From: Octopus sinensis
Lineage: Eukaryota
Direction of reading: 5' to 3'
DNA: 64,000 nucleotides
Assembly: GCF_006345805.1 (NCBI RefSeq)
Contig: NC_043001.1
Coordinates: 114,018,001 to 114,082,000 of the forward strand
Below, piece after piece: positions 13,760 to 26,392 of the stretch. Each line of letters begins with the position of its first letter. Position 1 is the first letter of the stretch. The notes beneath the pieces are model-generated. The model was not told where the DNA came from. It did not search any database and saw only the letters and a list, made by a program, of their open reading frames with translations. Both the position numbers and the translations under genes were made by a program.

Positions 13760-15150
13760 GTCGAAAATTAATAGTGGTGATGACGTTGGTGACGAAAGTT
13801 ACCTTACCTCAGTTTATGAGAGACAGGAGTTCCCGTAGAAACTCTGGTTGAAACAGCGAAAATTGAGCTGGACTGTTAAGGAAAGGCCTCACGCTTGGCA
13901 GTGGACGTTAACACTTTGGGTAAAGAAGGGTATATTTAAAGTGACTGAGCAGAGATTAGTAGATCAAGCTAATGCTATTAGGAGAAGAAAGTGGATGACA
14001 GAATTGGTGGGAAAGAGATCACAAGAGAACTGGAAAAGAAAGACCAGGCAGTAGGAAAAACAAACAACAACATAAGAGACACAGCTCAAACCAAAGAAGA
14101 ACCTAAAGGAAAAAGATGATAAAAGCGTTACCAATGAGGAACGGACAACTGGCACCAGCGACTTAAGAGATTTAAGTGAGGAAGGTCAGATGATTTTTAC
14201 ATGAGTAGCAGGAAGTAATGAGTAAAGAAGTAAGAAAATGATCGTCAGCATTAAAAAGTACCAACAGAAGGTGCTACTAGATATGCCCAGGAAAGCAGAT
14301 TCTGTTATCAGTAGGACAGACACTAAAAATATAGGCGATACTAACTTATTGATCTATGCAGGAGGGGTAGTTGCTAGAAGATTAGATATTCCACAAGGAA
14401 AGATTAAAAAAAGAGAAAATGTGAAAAAGGGCGATCACAAAATAAATTGAAGAATTTAAGACAAGATTTGGTGAGAAAAGAAGCCTGGAAACTGAACAAG
14501 TTAGGAAATGCAAGATGCAAATCTTCTCTTGAGAAAAAAATACATTGTCAAAGAGAAAGAAATTGGAACAGTCATAGAAAAGTTGAAACTGCATATGATT
14601 AGCAGTAACAGGTAAGCTCTACAGATATCAGAAAATAATAGATCGGCATCAATAGAATAGATTATTTGAGACAGAACAGAGGAGATTTTATAACAAAATG
14701 AATAGTGGAGAACGAAGTATTGAAGATGAGATACCTAATACAGAAGAAGCTTGAAAGTTCTAGAATAATATCTGGGATAAACCAGTCAATCATAATGGAG
14801 ATGCAGTACGGTTACATAAAGTGAGTGAAGTAGTAGTGAGTGTAAAACAGGCAGATCTAAGGCTAACTAGTGCAGTAATGAGTAAAGTGTTAGGGAAAAT
14901 GCCGAATTGGAAAGGACCAGGACTAGGTTTAGTAGTTTACACAGGAAACGGAGGGAAAAACTCCAGGATAGCCTTAATGGAGGAATAATACCAGATTGGA
15001 TGATTAGAGGGAGGACAATACTCCTTATGAAAGATAAAAGCAATGTTAATACATCTAGCACTTATAGACCAAACACTTGCTTATCATTAGCGTAGCAACT
15101 GTTAACAGGAATACATTCAGAAAGCATTTACCAGAATTTACTACAAGAAT
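13760..15150 (+). mobile_element. R4/Dong-like non-LTR retrotransposon relic (N-terminal region to early RT), frameshifted
   Basis: WVKKGIFKVTEQRLVDQANAIRRRKWMTEL, MPNWKGPG, and GIIPDWMIRGRTILLMKDK...STYRPNTCL are typical of R4-clade ORFs. Confidence 0.8.
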
Positions 15151-15159
15151 AACAGAAAT

Positions 15160-17630
15160 GTTACAGTAAAACGGCTACAGGAACGCATACAGACGAATAC
15201 AGATCTGTTAGCCATAAAAAGCTACGTTACAAGCAATGTTTACATGCAAAGAACTCGGTGATAGTATTGTCTCAAGAAATTAACCCTAAACAGACAGATC
15301 CGTCCCCTAATGTCAAAGTCGAGGTTCGCCATGCCTCACTGATAAAGCAAAATAAAGACCTGGCTGGTCGTCGATCTGATCACAAAGGGCAACGTACTCG
15401 AATGATGAGCCAGATTTTAAGCGAAAAATCAGCTACTGGTTCAAATCTTCCTGAAATACAGGAGCTGGAAATACCCAAAACTGGAATATATCAACAGATG
15501 GCCATCTAGGCTCCTCATGAAATAACCAAAAGAAAAAGAATGGAAAATGGTTTAGGGAAGATAATGAAGAAGTTCTTACGCCCTTCTACCATGCCATATA
15601 TTTCCCCACAAATAAATCTAATACTGTACAAACCTACTTAAACTGGAGACAGAAACACCTTGAAGTAAGACCCTACATAGACAGTAAGAAACGTACCAAC
15701 GTCAGAAGAAATATCATGAAAAAGTAATTAATAACTGAAGTAGAGGTTGACAAAATTAAACAAGCAGTAAGGGATAAAAAGAACGAAGCAGAAGCTAAAG
15801 AAGATACTACAGAGGAAATAATTATAGACCAGCTCAGGGCTGAGGAAAATGCAGTAATGATTAAAAGAGTTAATGTAACTAATATGCAAAGTGAAATACT
15901 CTCTGAACCAACCATAAATACTAAGGCAGATGAAAATCAAATAGATGAAGAAAGTCACACGCAAATTGACCCAACAGAACTACATAATCTAAAAACATTA
16001 AATCGTGATTGAATGGCTGAAAATTAAAGAAACCAGTATGATTGAACGTGACACTCTCCCAAAAATTTGCAATTCCAACCAAAACCTGAAAATAATTGAT
16101 AAAATCCGCCTTGCATTTAAAGATATAATTTCAGGTAATGATGTTGATATTACACCTGTATTGTGCATCCGCGAAAATCTCAACGATTCAACGTGGTAAA
16201 AATATTAGAAAACGACAACATTCTCATAAAAACCCTTCTTGGTAAGAGAGTGTTCAACACCAAATTCAGGTACTTAGGTCTGACATACAATGTTTAAAGA
16301 ACTGTAAGTTTGACAAGACTATCAAACCTACAAAAACCTCAAAATTAAAGAAAAAATATAATGTAAAAACCATATTTGATATTGAAACCACCATAGAAAC
16401 CATCAAGCAAAAGATACGTGCTAAAGCTGCTCGCATAGCAAGGTATGAAAAGAGCGTTAGATTCTTAAAGGAGAACATGTTCAAAAATAAGCCCCAAAAT
16501 TATTACAGGAAGATAGGGAAAATATTAGTTTCAGTAAAGTCTATCCCATCAAAAGGAGTGCAGGAATTTTGGAATAAAATTTGGGCTGAAGAAAAAACAC
16601 ACGATGAAAAGGTCCCTTGGACTGATAGAATATCTACTGACTCAGACTCCTTAGAAGGGCAAAAGTGGGTGGGGGGAATTAAGGTAGAAGATGTAAGATC
16701 GGATCTCAAGAAGTCAAACAAATGGAAGCCTCCAGGAAAAGATAAACTCCTAACTTCTGGTTGAATGCCTTCTCAGAAACACATGAACTGCTAACAAAAC
16801 TTTACAGCATTGTTTTGCAACATCCTAATTTGACTCAGCCTTGGCTAGTTATTGGTATAACATTCCTACTTCCAAAAAATGAAGAAACAAATGAACCAAA
16901 AATTATCTACCCATAACCTGCTTAACATCAATGTATAAAACGCTAACAACCGTCTTGACTGAATTTACTATAGTTTTTTAATACAAAGAGGCATAGTCCC
17001 TAATGAGCAAAAAGGATGTAAACGTGGGTCCTATGGTTGTAAAGATCAGCTACTCATCAATAAGATGATCTTGGAAGATTATCACAAACAATACAAAAAC
17101 TTGTCAATAGCCTGGATAGACTATAAAAAAGCTTTTCATAGTTTGCAACATAGCTGGATAAAGAAATGTCTGGAAATGTCTAAAATAACACCTACTCTGC
17201 GAAACATTTTGTCTGTAAGTATGAGATCATGGAGAACCACACTGACATTGAACAGTGACAATGAATCTCTAAATGCTGGAGATGTAAGAATTACATGTGT
17301 GATTTTCCAGGGTGACCCACTATCGCCACTCCTCTTTTGTCTGGCCTTAATACCTATCTCGAAATTGCTCAATGATGTACAGTATGGTTATAAAATCTTT
17401 GATAAAAATATAAATCTTCTCATTTACATGGATGATTTAAAGCTCTTTGCAAAAAGTGACCAACAACTACAGGGCTTACTAACCGTTGTTAAACGATTCA
17501 GTGATGACGATAAATGTGCAAAAGCTACCTTTATCAAAGGGAAAATGAAAGAAACATCTAACGGTAACCTTGACCAGCAGAATGTCATAAAGGAATTAGA
17601 ACCATAAGGGATTTGCAGCATATTAGAATT
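15160..17630 (+). mobile_element. R4/Dong-like non-LTR retrotransposon relic, second subfamily (N-terminus to RT motif YMDD); 3' part missing
   Basis: KWFREDNEEVL near 15550, WKPPGKDK at 16722, and ORF 17065-17607 with [22 protein letters not shown] and [10 protein letters not shown]. Multiple stops and frameshifts. Confidence 0.9.
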
Positions 17631-17669
17631 CAGGGTACTTGATTCCACGCAAAAAAAAAAATCCGATTT

Positions 17670-17810
17670 ACTGGTACTTATTTAATCGACCCCGAAAGGA
17701 TGAAAGGCAAAGTCGACCTCGGCGGAATTTGAACTCAGAACTTAACGGCAGCCGAAATACCACTTGGCATTTCGCCCTGCGTGCTAACGTTTCTGCCAGC
17801 TCGCCGCCTT
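17670..17810 (-). mobile_element. tRNA-derived SINE family A, 3'-truncated
   Basis: Head ggcggcgagctggcagaaacgttagcacg with B box gagttcaaattcc. Central gcctttcatcctttcggggtcgat..taagtaccag resembles the Meta-SINE domain as recalled. Confidence 0.9.
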
Positions 17811-17826
17811 AAAAAGAGAGAACGGC

Positions 17827-17944
17827 GTTTACAGCACCTAAGTTTCCCAAGCGGTCACCCATCTAAGTACTAACTAGGCTCGATTTTGTTTAACTTCGGT
17901 GATCGGACGAGAACCGGTGTTTTCAAAGTGATATGGCCGTAAAC
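17827..17944 (-). pseudogene. 5S rRNA-derived copy (118 nt), probable pseudogene or variant
   Basis: Minus strand reads GTTTACGGCCATATCACTTTGAAAACACCGGTTCTCGTCCGATCACCGAAGTTAAACAAAATCGAGCCTAGTTAGTACTTAGATGGGTGACCGCTTGGGAAACTTAGGTGCTGTAAAC, colinear with invertebrate 5S rRNA. Box C is altered (TAGATGGG). A T5 run lies about 12 nt downstream. Confidence 0.92.
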
Positions 17945-20447
17945 TCATACTCATAAATTTATACTCATAAATTAGTAATGTTGTGAGTACCATAATACAA
18001 TTTCAGTAATCATTTAATATCATTTAAATTCCTTTCAGTTATTTTTTAAAAAATGATTCTGGCTTATTAAAAAGTATATAGTATGCTGTATGCGTCTTTG
18101 TATAATCTTCGCTATAAGAAGTGGACATCTGTCAAATCGTGTAAACTATAATTGATTTAGACATTCATCTGAAAGAGGTCACATTTTCAAAGGGGATTAT
18201 ATTGAAGGTGTGACTATCGAACTGAGTGAAATTGCTAACGAATCTAGTCAGAGAATGAAGGGATATTAACGGGACTTCTTCAGGTCTGTGTTAAGTTTTA
18301 ATAAAAAATCATATGTATATATACATACTGTAGACTGCCAAGTTGTTTCAAAATTATGGAAAGAATAATACTGAACGCATCGCAGAGACCATCCGAATCC
18401 AAACTATTGAATCTGTTAGCAAATTTCAGATACATTTTTGATCAAAGTATTCAACAACCAGCCTACGACTCAGCAGTTTTTATCCTTTCGCCAGCACTTC
18501 TAAGTATATGTTTTATAATCACACGATTTGTGAGAATGTAAGAGAAATCGGGCGGTTCACTGGTCTCATGTATATATTCATAAGATGATCAACCATTGAT
18601 GGGTGACATGAAACGTTAAATGATTGACTTCATCATCTCATTGCAGAGTCGTCTTTACCATAAAAAATAGTTATAACTTTTTTGCTTCTTTGAGCGACGT
18701 CAGTCACTTTAATGATTATTAACTGTGAACGTCTCCAGACTTTTCTTATCTTTTGCTTTTGGTATTTGATTTTCATTATATACATACATACACATACATA
18801 TATACATACATACAAATAAATTCACTCAGAGTATATCGTTTCTATACACACACGTACGTATACATGTATATATGCAGGTAGAAATAAGTTAGTTATTCAT
18901 TCTCTGCGATTTCTTATATCTTAGTATCCTTTCGGAGAATGCCGATTGTCAAACCTATTTATCACTATAGGTTAAAATTCGTTTCTTTTTTTTTTATCAT
19001 TTATTTGTATGTAAACCCCAACACCATGCCTGTCGTTGTATTTTCCCCCTCGTCCACCGCCCTCGTGGCAAATAAAAGAAATCATCACCATCATCATCAT
19101 CATTATTATTATGGCTGTTGTTGCTATTGTTGTTTCCGTTGTTGATGTTGTTATCATCATCGTCATCATCATCATCATTATCATCATCACCATTAGAAAT
19201 TTTGTTTCTGATTTTGCCGTTGATATTGCGTCGCTGTTTCTGATGATGATGTTGCCACAAGCACGGCTTATAATGTCCTAGTAGATTTTTTTTCCTTTTT
19301 TTATTTTTTTTCTACATACATTTGTAGCGTTGGTTTTGGATTGTTTTTTGATATGATATAATCGCTTTACTATGCTTTCGAATCGATGCTTATCTGAAAT
19401 TTATGATTTACTGATAACGAGGTTAGATAATGACTGGCCGTGGGAATAGTATATATTTTCCTCGTTTGTATGAAACGTGTGCTGTCTTATGTTCTGTGCT
19501 GTGACGTTCAATATACGAGAGATTTGGTGCAACGTGATGAATGTATTCCTATATGAGTTACCTTATGTGTCCAGGTGTGTAAATGTGTGTTTATATGTGT
19601 GCAGTTACTTAATAGTTTTCTGAGTTGCTATGAGAAATCATTGCATCACATCAACAGAAACTTGTGAAGTATTTGCTGTGTTGTAATGTCACCCTTCGCG
19701 ATGTCGTACAATAAATCTTCGCGTATTCATGTATTGTTTTTAAATATTAACGTTTTAGCGTAGAATGAAGAAGTGAGTCATATGGTAGAGGACATGCGTT
19801 GATGTATTTCAGCATTTAGCTACATTCCTCAATGTTCTGAGATCGTATCCAGCAGATGTCAATTTGACATCATCCATCAAAGCTGATAAAATATTACCCG
19901 TTTCATAGTGATTTGATCCAATCCGGTTCACCCTTCTCTACATAAATTTGAAAGACCGGTAGACGAATGACAGAAATGGATAGAATATTTTCTCTTTTGA
20001 TTTTTAGTCTCAATCTGTTCTAAGTTCAATTTCTACTGATGTCAGTATTCATACTTACGGTTTTCATAATAAAAGTAACACATATATAACTATACGAAAT
20101 TCACTCAAGTGTACCTTATCCATAGCAATACCTTGCATTCACAATGTATGAGAAATATCAATATTAAGTTTAAAGTGTACGGGGCCGTAGAGGAATATGT
20201 CAGTCGTTTAACAATATGGGCAGAGGGGCGGTTCCCGATCCCCGAATAAAAGTAATCAGTTGCTTTACTTACAAGAATACCGCTTTATAAAATATAAATT
20301 CAGAATGTTATATATTTTCTTTCCAATACATTATAGCACTTTAGCGTCTAGTAAAGAAAGAAAACCATTCCATAAGTCCTCAATTCCTGATGCAAATTCG
20401 ACGTCTCTTAGATGGGGCTTAATACATTTCCTGTTCTGACCACAACC

Positions 20448-20679
20448 CATTTCTTTACTACCTACATGGGGCTAAACACAGAGAGGACAAACAAGGACAG
20501 ACAAACGGATTAAGTCGATTATATCGACCCCAGTGCGTAACTGGTACTTATTTAATCGACCCCGAAAGGATGAAAGGCAAAGTCGACCTCGGCGGAATTT
20601 GAACTCAGAACGTAACGGCAGGCGAAATACTGCTAAGCATTTCGCCCGGCGTGCTAACGTTTCCGCCAGCTCACCGCCA
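20448..20679 (-). mobile_element. SINE family A, full length, 16-bp TSD
   Basis: Family A sequence flanked by the direct repeat tgttctgaccacaacc at 20432-20447 and 20680-20695. Confidence 0.95.
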
Positions 20680-20955
20680 TGTTCTGACCACAACCGATTT
20701 TCTCCGAAAAAATAGGCTGACAGACAGGGAATAATAAAGGGATAATCGACGACATGAAATGAATAGAAGAACTCAGCTCGGTAGGGTTTGAATGCAGACT
20801 GCAATCATCTGGAACGATGTTCAGGAAGAAAAAAAGGGGTCAAAGAAAAGTTCATCCTGAAAACTGTTAAAAAAAAAAAAGCGAGAGAAATCATATTTAA
20901 AAAATGCGACACTCCAGCGAAGTGCCAATGGAGGTTGGATAAAATGTTATGGAAT

Positions 20956-21276
20956 GGAAGCACTCCGTCGGTTACGACGACGAGGGTTCCGGTTGATCCG
21001 AATCAACGGAATAGCCTGCTCGTGAAATTAACGTGTAAGTGGCTGAGCACTCCACAGACACGTGTACCCTTAACGTAGTTCTCGGGGATATTCAGCGTGA
21101 CACAGAGTGTGACAAGGCCGGCCCCTTGAAATACAGGTACAACAGAAACAGGAAGTAAGAGTGAGAGAAAGTTGTGGTGAAAGAGTACAGCAGGGATCAT
21201 CACCATCTCCTGCCGGAGCCTCGTGGAGCTTTAGGTGTTTTCGCTCAATAAACACTCACAACGCCCGGTCTGGGAA
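20956..21276 (-). mobile_element. tRNA-derived SINE family C, 5'-truncated
   Basis: Reverse complement of the copy at 26012-26392. Confidence 0.9.
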
Positions 21277-21954
21277 ATAAAATGTTATATGGATGGTAAG
21301 GAACTGGTGAAAAAAATTTTGTGCATGAAGCAAATGCAAAGTCAAGAGGAATGTGGTAGATGTGTCTGTGTTTAAGAGTGCAGGGATGTGAACCGTTGTT
21401 TTGAATAAGGGAAAATGAGAAACAATTTTTCAATGCATAGAAATTCTGGAAGGTTTGATGGAGAGTCCAAGGATCCGAGGGATTTGTAAGATCATCAGGA
21501 AAGCGACCTTGGTAAAATCGGATGAGAACAAATTATTAGTAACACATGTTGTAATGGAAAATGGTTGATGAAGGAAAAGATGTCTCCCTAGAGAGAAGGA
21601 TGGAAACTAAGAGAGGTAATAAGTGAAGGAAATAATGAGTGAGTTTGATTTGTGGATGTGTGGGTGTGTGCGATAGCTAAAGACTCGGTGGCAGGAAAGG
21701 TGGGAACAAGTGTCAAAGTGACAGTAGCAGAGATGGGAATTTGAGTGTCTCTGTGTGTACCAGTGTGTGCCTGGATAGGTGTGCATTCTTGTACCGCTGT
21801 TGATGGGTGTATAGGTATGCTTGAATAAGAGAGTAAAAAAGAGGAGCGTGTGAGGGCACCGGTTTGTATGTATGTAGAGTGGGTGGTGTGTATGTGTGTG
21901 AATGTGTCAAAGAGACAAGGTAGTAGTTGGGTAGATACCTGTCTATGTGTAAAC

Positions 21955-22020
21955 AACCACCGCCAATCTAGGTATCGAAGGACAACCTTACGATCGTGCA
22001 TGCGACATCCTAACCACTGC
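21955..22020 (-). mobile_element. Isolated, diverged tRNA-derived SINE head (family D-like)
   Basis: Minus strand gcagtggttaggatgtcgcatgcacgatcgtaaggttgtccttcgatacctagattggcgg. Confidence 0.55.
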
Positions 22021-22649
22021 ATCATATGCCTCATACACACGCACGCACACATACACATACACACATGCATACATCCATATACACACACATAGATATGTTT
22101 ATATGCATGGTATCATGGTATGCACCAGATGCACTATTACATTGAAACATCATTTGTATATCATATTTAATATATCAATGCATCGTGTTAGGCAAATTTT
22201 ACTGCAGTATTCGTCCTGAGGTATCCCACTGGTGATATCTCTGGACAAATACCATAGATATGCTGTGTTAAGAAGCATAACTGCGCTTCTATTTGCAACA
22301 GCAGTTCATGTTTATTCCCTGTTTTGATATATCATCCAGTATAAGTGTTAATTTGGCAAGAGGTTGGTTTTGAGTTCCTGCTACTGACAAAGCCATGGAG
22401 GCAGAAGTCCATGTAGCATTTATTCCGTCCGCTCCTAGGATTATTTTCGTCTGTCTCTGGTGTATATCTTTTGATATTGACAACGTCACGTGCATATGAG
22501 ATACTATCTCGGGATGAAGACGTCCGTAATTTTGCCTAGAAATGTATTAATGTATTAATATCAAGTATGATACACACATGATTATTGTAATCTAATATTA
22601 CTTCTATTGCATATAACCTATATACACATACACATACACACATATTTAT

Positions 22650-22725
<76 letters not shown>

Positions 22726-22789
22726 TCATATATAAGTATCCACACACACAAATACACAAACTCACAAACACATACAAACTATACTACAT

Positions 22790-23522
22790 TTCAATTGCTA
22801 TATTGGCTTAAATAAAGCAATCCGATGTTGTCCGGTATAATAATAAGTCATCTACAAGCAACTACAATATTTACATTATTGACCTCAGTTGTCTGTGTCA
22901 CTGATTGTATTCGAAGACAAAGAGTAATTTCTGTTCAACGTATTTCACGAATCTATTATCCTTGCATTGTTCTCTTCATCAACTGTAGTTGCTGGTCACC
23001 TGCCAAACCGAGATTTCTACTAAAATTTAGCGAATTATTTATCAAGCAACATAAGCATTGTGAAATCAGTTCTTTAGAAACGAAATCTAATAAAAAACCA
23101 TTCCAAATCACCCATGCCTAACAACCCATTCTGCAGATTCTCTCTGTGGAAAATTTGACATCAACAAAGCCAACGTTCCGGATATCATTACTGGTGTAGT
23201 TTTAAGAATGCCTCTTTAGAAGAGTCTTTTATTTTGATTCTCTTGCTAAGGCTCCTTTTGCCAGCCTTTTATATTCTTCAGCAACTACATTGTGACAGCG
23301 AGCATTTAGTTGCGAACTTAATGGAAAACTGTCTATTCTGTGAGTTCCCTCAAGGAAAAATAAACCTATAAGTTGGTTCTAAACTAGCTTTTGAAATAAA
23401 TGTCTCTCGTGTGAGAGAAATTACTGCTTCTTGAAAAATTACATTCTAATTGAATTTTCAACAAGAAGCTGTGTGACAACTTCGTTCGTTTAGGGATATA
23501 TATATATATATTATATATATAT

Positions 23523-23603
<81 letters not shown>

Positions 23604-23615
23604 TATATATATGTG

Positions 23616-23665
<50 letters not shown>

Positions 23666-23767
23666 TATCTGAGGTCAATAATGTAAATGTTGTAGTCCCT
23701 TGTAGATGACTTATTATTATACCGGAGAACATCGGATTGCTTTATTTAAGCCAATATAGCAATTGAA
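22790..23767. repeat. Inverted repeat pair, 99-bp arms (22790-22888 and 23669-23767)
   Basis: ttcaattgctatattggcttaaataaagcaatccgatg...attgacctcag versus its reverse complement; 4 mismatches counted. Confidence 0.92.
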
Positions 23768-23787
23768 TGCTGTATGTATGTATTTTT

Positions 23788-23832
23788 ATGCGTCTGTGTG
23801 TGTATGTGTGTACTTGTATACACACACACACG

Positions 23833-23892
<60 letters not shown>

Positions 23893-24190
23893 TATATATG
23901 AATGTGTATACACATACACACATACATATGTATATATATCTACAAATACACATACAAATGCCTGCATACATGTATATACATAAATTTATGTGTGTGTGTT
24001 TGTGTATGCGTCTGTGTGTGTATGTGTGTACTTGAATACACACACACACGCACACATATATATATATAAGAATATATATGAATGTGTATACACATACACA
24101 CATCATATGTATATGTATATATATGTACAAATACACATACAAATGCCTGCATACATGTATATACATAAATTTATGTGTGTGTGTTTGTGT
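23788..24190. repeat. Tandem duplication of an approximately 190-215 bp microsatellite-rich block
   Basis: tatgcgtctgtgtgtgtatgtgtgtacttg...caaatgcctgcatacatgtatatacataaatttatg occurs twice. Confidence 0.85.
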
Positions 24191-24603
24191 GTGCGTGCGT
24201 GTGTGTATTGCGGTTACATGATAAATATATTTCGCCTTTACATTTAGCAAAACTAGGTTTTAGCAAACTGAATGAAGTGAAGTAATCTAGTAAAATATCG
24301 AATTGAGAATACTGTTACTGTTGTCGTTAAAACTCAGATCTGACCAATGAAAATTGCTACAATGTTTCCCAAGGATGGACTTGTCATTTTGTTATTCAAA
24401 TATTACGTGCTAAGAAGAAAATTTGTAATGTGTTTTTCCTTTTAATAAGATGGCATGAAGAGAGTTAAGGGAGATTTGCTTGCTATGTTTATCAGTTTAA
24501 ACCAATAATTAGATACTTTATTAATTCTCTACATGTGGTAGGTTGTTAATTTATTCTCCATAGGATGCTTAATATATTGTCGATATATGCTCATACGTAT
24601 ATA

Positions 24604-25870
24604 TTGGGTTGTCCGGAAAGTTCGTGCCGATTTATAGTAGCTTAACTTTCGACTTATTTTAGAACATGTTAGAGTCCATAAAATAGGATTTGACTACACC
24701 TCTACTTAGAGCATAGTTTACGCTATCTTTTCGTGGAAGAAGGTTTATGTTCCTATAACCTGTATTAATTCTGTAACCCTTTAAATTGAAAGTTAAGAAA
24801 GTTCATTTTCGGCACTTGATGCTTTTTTTCTTTTTCTGCAAAGGGAAAAATGCCTCACAGCCAACCAAAGAAATATGCGCAGTTTAGGGCGACGTTTCTT
24901 TATCCGAAAGAACTGTACGGAAGTGGTTCGCAAGGTTTAGAGTTGGAGATTGTAGCCGTATGGATAAAGAGCGATCAGGCAGACCATCCACTACAGATGA
25001 TGACCAAATAACCCGCATTGCACAACCCGAGAATTGGCAGAAAGCCTCAACCTATCAAAATCCGTCGTTCACGAGCACCTGGTAATGCTTGGGTATACAA
25101 ATCGCTACGATGTTTAGGTACCACATGAGTTGAGTGAAAAGAGCCTTTTGGATCGCATTTGCATCTATGATTTGCTTTATAAACGGAATGAAAACGCGCT
25201 TTTTTTAAAGCAAATTGTGACAGGTGATGAGAAATGGATTATCTACCGAAATGTTCAGAGAAAGCGATCTTGGAGTAAGCGACATGAACCACCCTTAGCC
25301 ACCCCAAAAGCAGGTCTTCACCCTAAAAGATGTTTTGCTTTGTGTCTGGTTGGATTGGAAAAGAATTCTGTACTATGAGTTTCACACTAGTAATGAGACA
25401 ATTAATCCTGAGAAATATTGCACACAACTGGACGAGTTAAAAGCAGTAATTCAAGAGAAACGTCCAGAATGGGCCAACAGCATGTATGTTGTTTTCCAAC
25501 ATGATAATGTAAGACCACACGTTACTTTGGGAACCAGACAAAAATTGCAGCAGCTCGGTTGGGATGTGTTACCCACCCTCCAAATTCACCAGATATTGCT
25601 CCTTCGGATTTCCACTTATTCATGTCTCTGTAGAATAGTCTTAATGGTAAATATTTCAATTCCTTGGATGACGTAAAAAGATACCTTGGTGAATTCTTTG
25701 CCATGAAACCATCTCAGTTCTGGAAAGAGGGTATTTTCAAGTTAAAGGAAAGATGGAGATGCATTGTGCAACAAAATGGTTCATATTTGGTTGATTAAAA
25801 ATGTAATAGCAAGTATTTATTGACCCTTTTTTTCCTTTAAAAATCGGCATGAATTTTCCGGACAACCCAA
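24604..25870 (+). mobile_element. Full-length mariner transposon (1267 bp), 30-bp TIRs, TA TSD, inactive
   Basis: TIR TTGGGTTGTCCGGAAAGTTCGTGCCGATTT (24604-24633) matches the right TIR (25841-25870) at 28/30. TA at 24602-24603 and 25871-25872. Confidence 0.95.
24786..25798 (+). pseudogene. Mariner DDD transposase pseudogene
   Basis: Motifs *VPHEL (WVPHEL), IVTGDEKWI, QHDNVRPH and SPDIAPSDFHLF. Start codon lost; several stops and frameshifts. Confidence 0.93.
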
Positions 25871-26011
25871 TATCAATCAAACTATGGAGGAAATATGTCG
25901 TCCATTTTCTGCATGTGGTTTTCCTTAACAGTAAATTATTTATAACCTTCCTATATGCACTGATTTTATATATGTTTATGTCATTTAACCTGTATTATAC
26001 CTCTGCCAATT

Positions 26012-26392
26012 TCCCGCAATGGCCCAGTGGTTAGGGTAGCGGACTCGCGGTCGTAGGATCGCGGTTTCGATTCCCAGACCGGGCGTTGTGAGTGTTTATT
26101 GAGCGAAAACACCTAAAAAACCTCCACGAGGCTCCGGCAAGGGATGGTGGTGATCCCTGCTGTACTCTTTCACCACAAATTTCTCTCACTCTTACTTCCT
26201 GTTTCTGTTGTACCTGTATTTCAAAGGGCCGGCCTTGTCATGCTGAATATCTCCGAGAACTACGTTAAGGGTACACGTGTCTGTGGAGTGCTCAGCCACT
26301 TACACGTTAATTTCACGAGCAGGCTGTTCCGTTGATCGGATCAACCGGTACCCTCGTCGTCGTAACCGACGGAGTCTTCCACCAGTGCTTCC
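26012..26392 (+). mobile_element. SINE family C, near full length, 13-bp TSD
   Basis: A box tggcccagtgg, B box gtttcgattcc. TSD acctctgccaatt at 25999-26011 and 26393-26405. Confidence 0.95.

Noticed and set aside
21280-21950. Purine-rich stretch suspected to be a Penelope ORF relic
   Set aside because: No RT or GIY-YIG motif could be read in any frame.
26015-26090. tRNA genes at SINE heads (also 34500-34566, 60241-60315, 62528-62600)
   Set aside because: A and B boxes are present, but acceptor stems do not pair and each continues into a SINE body.
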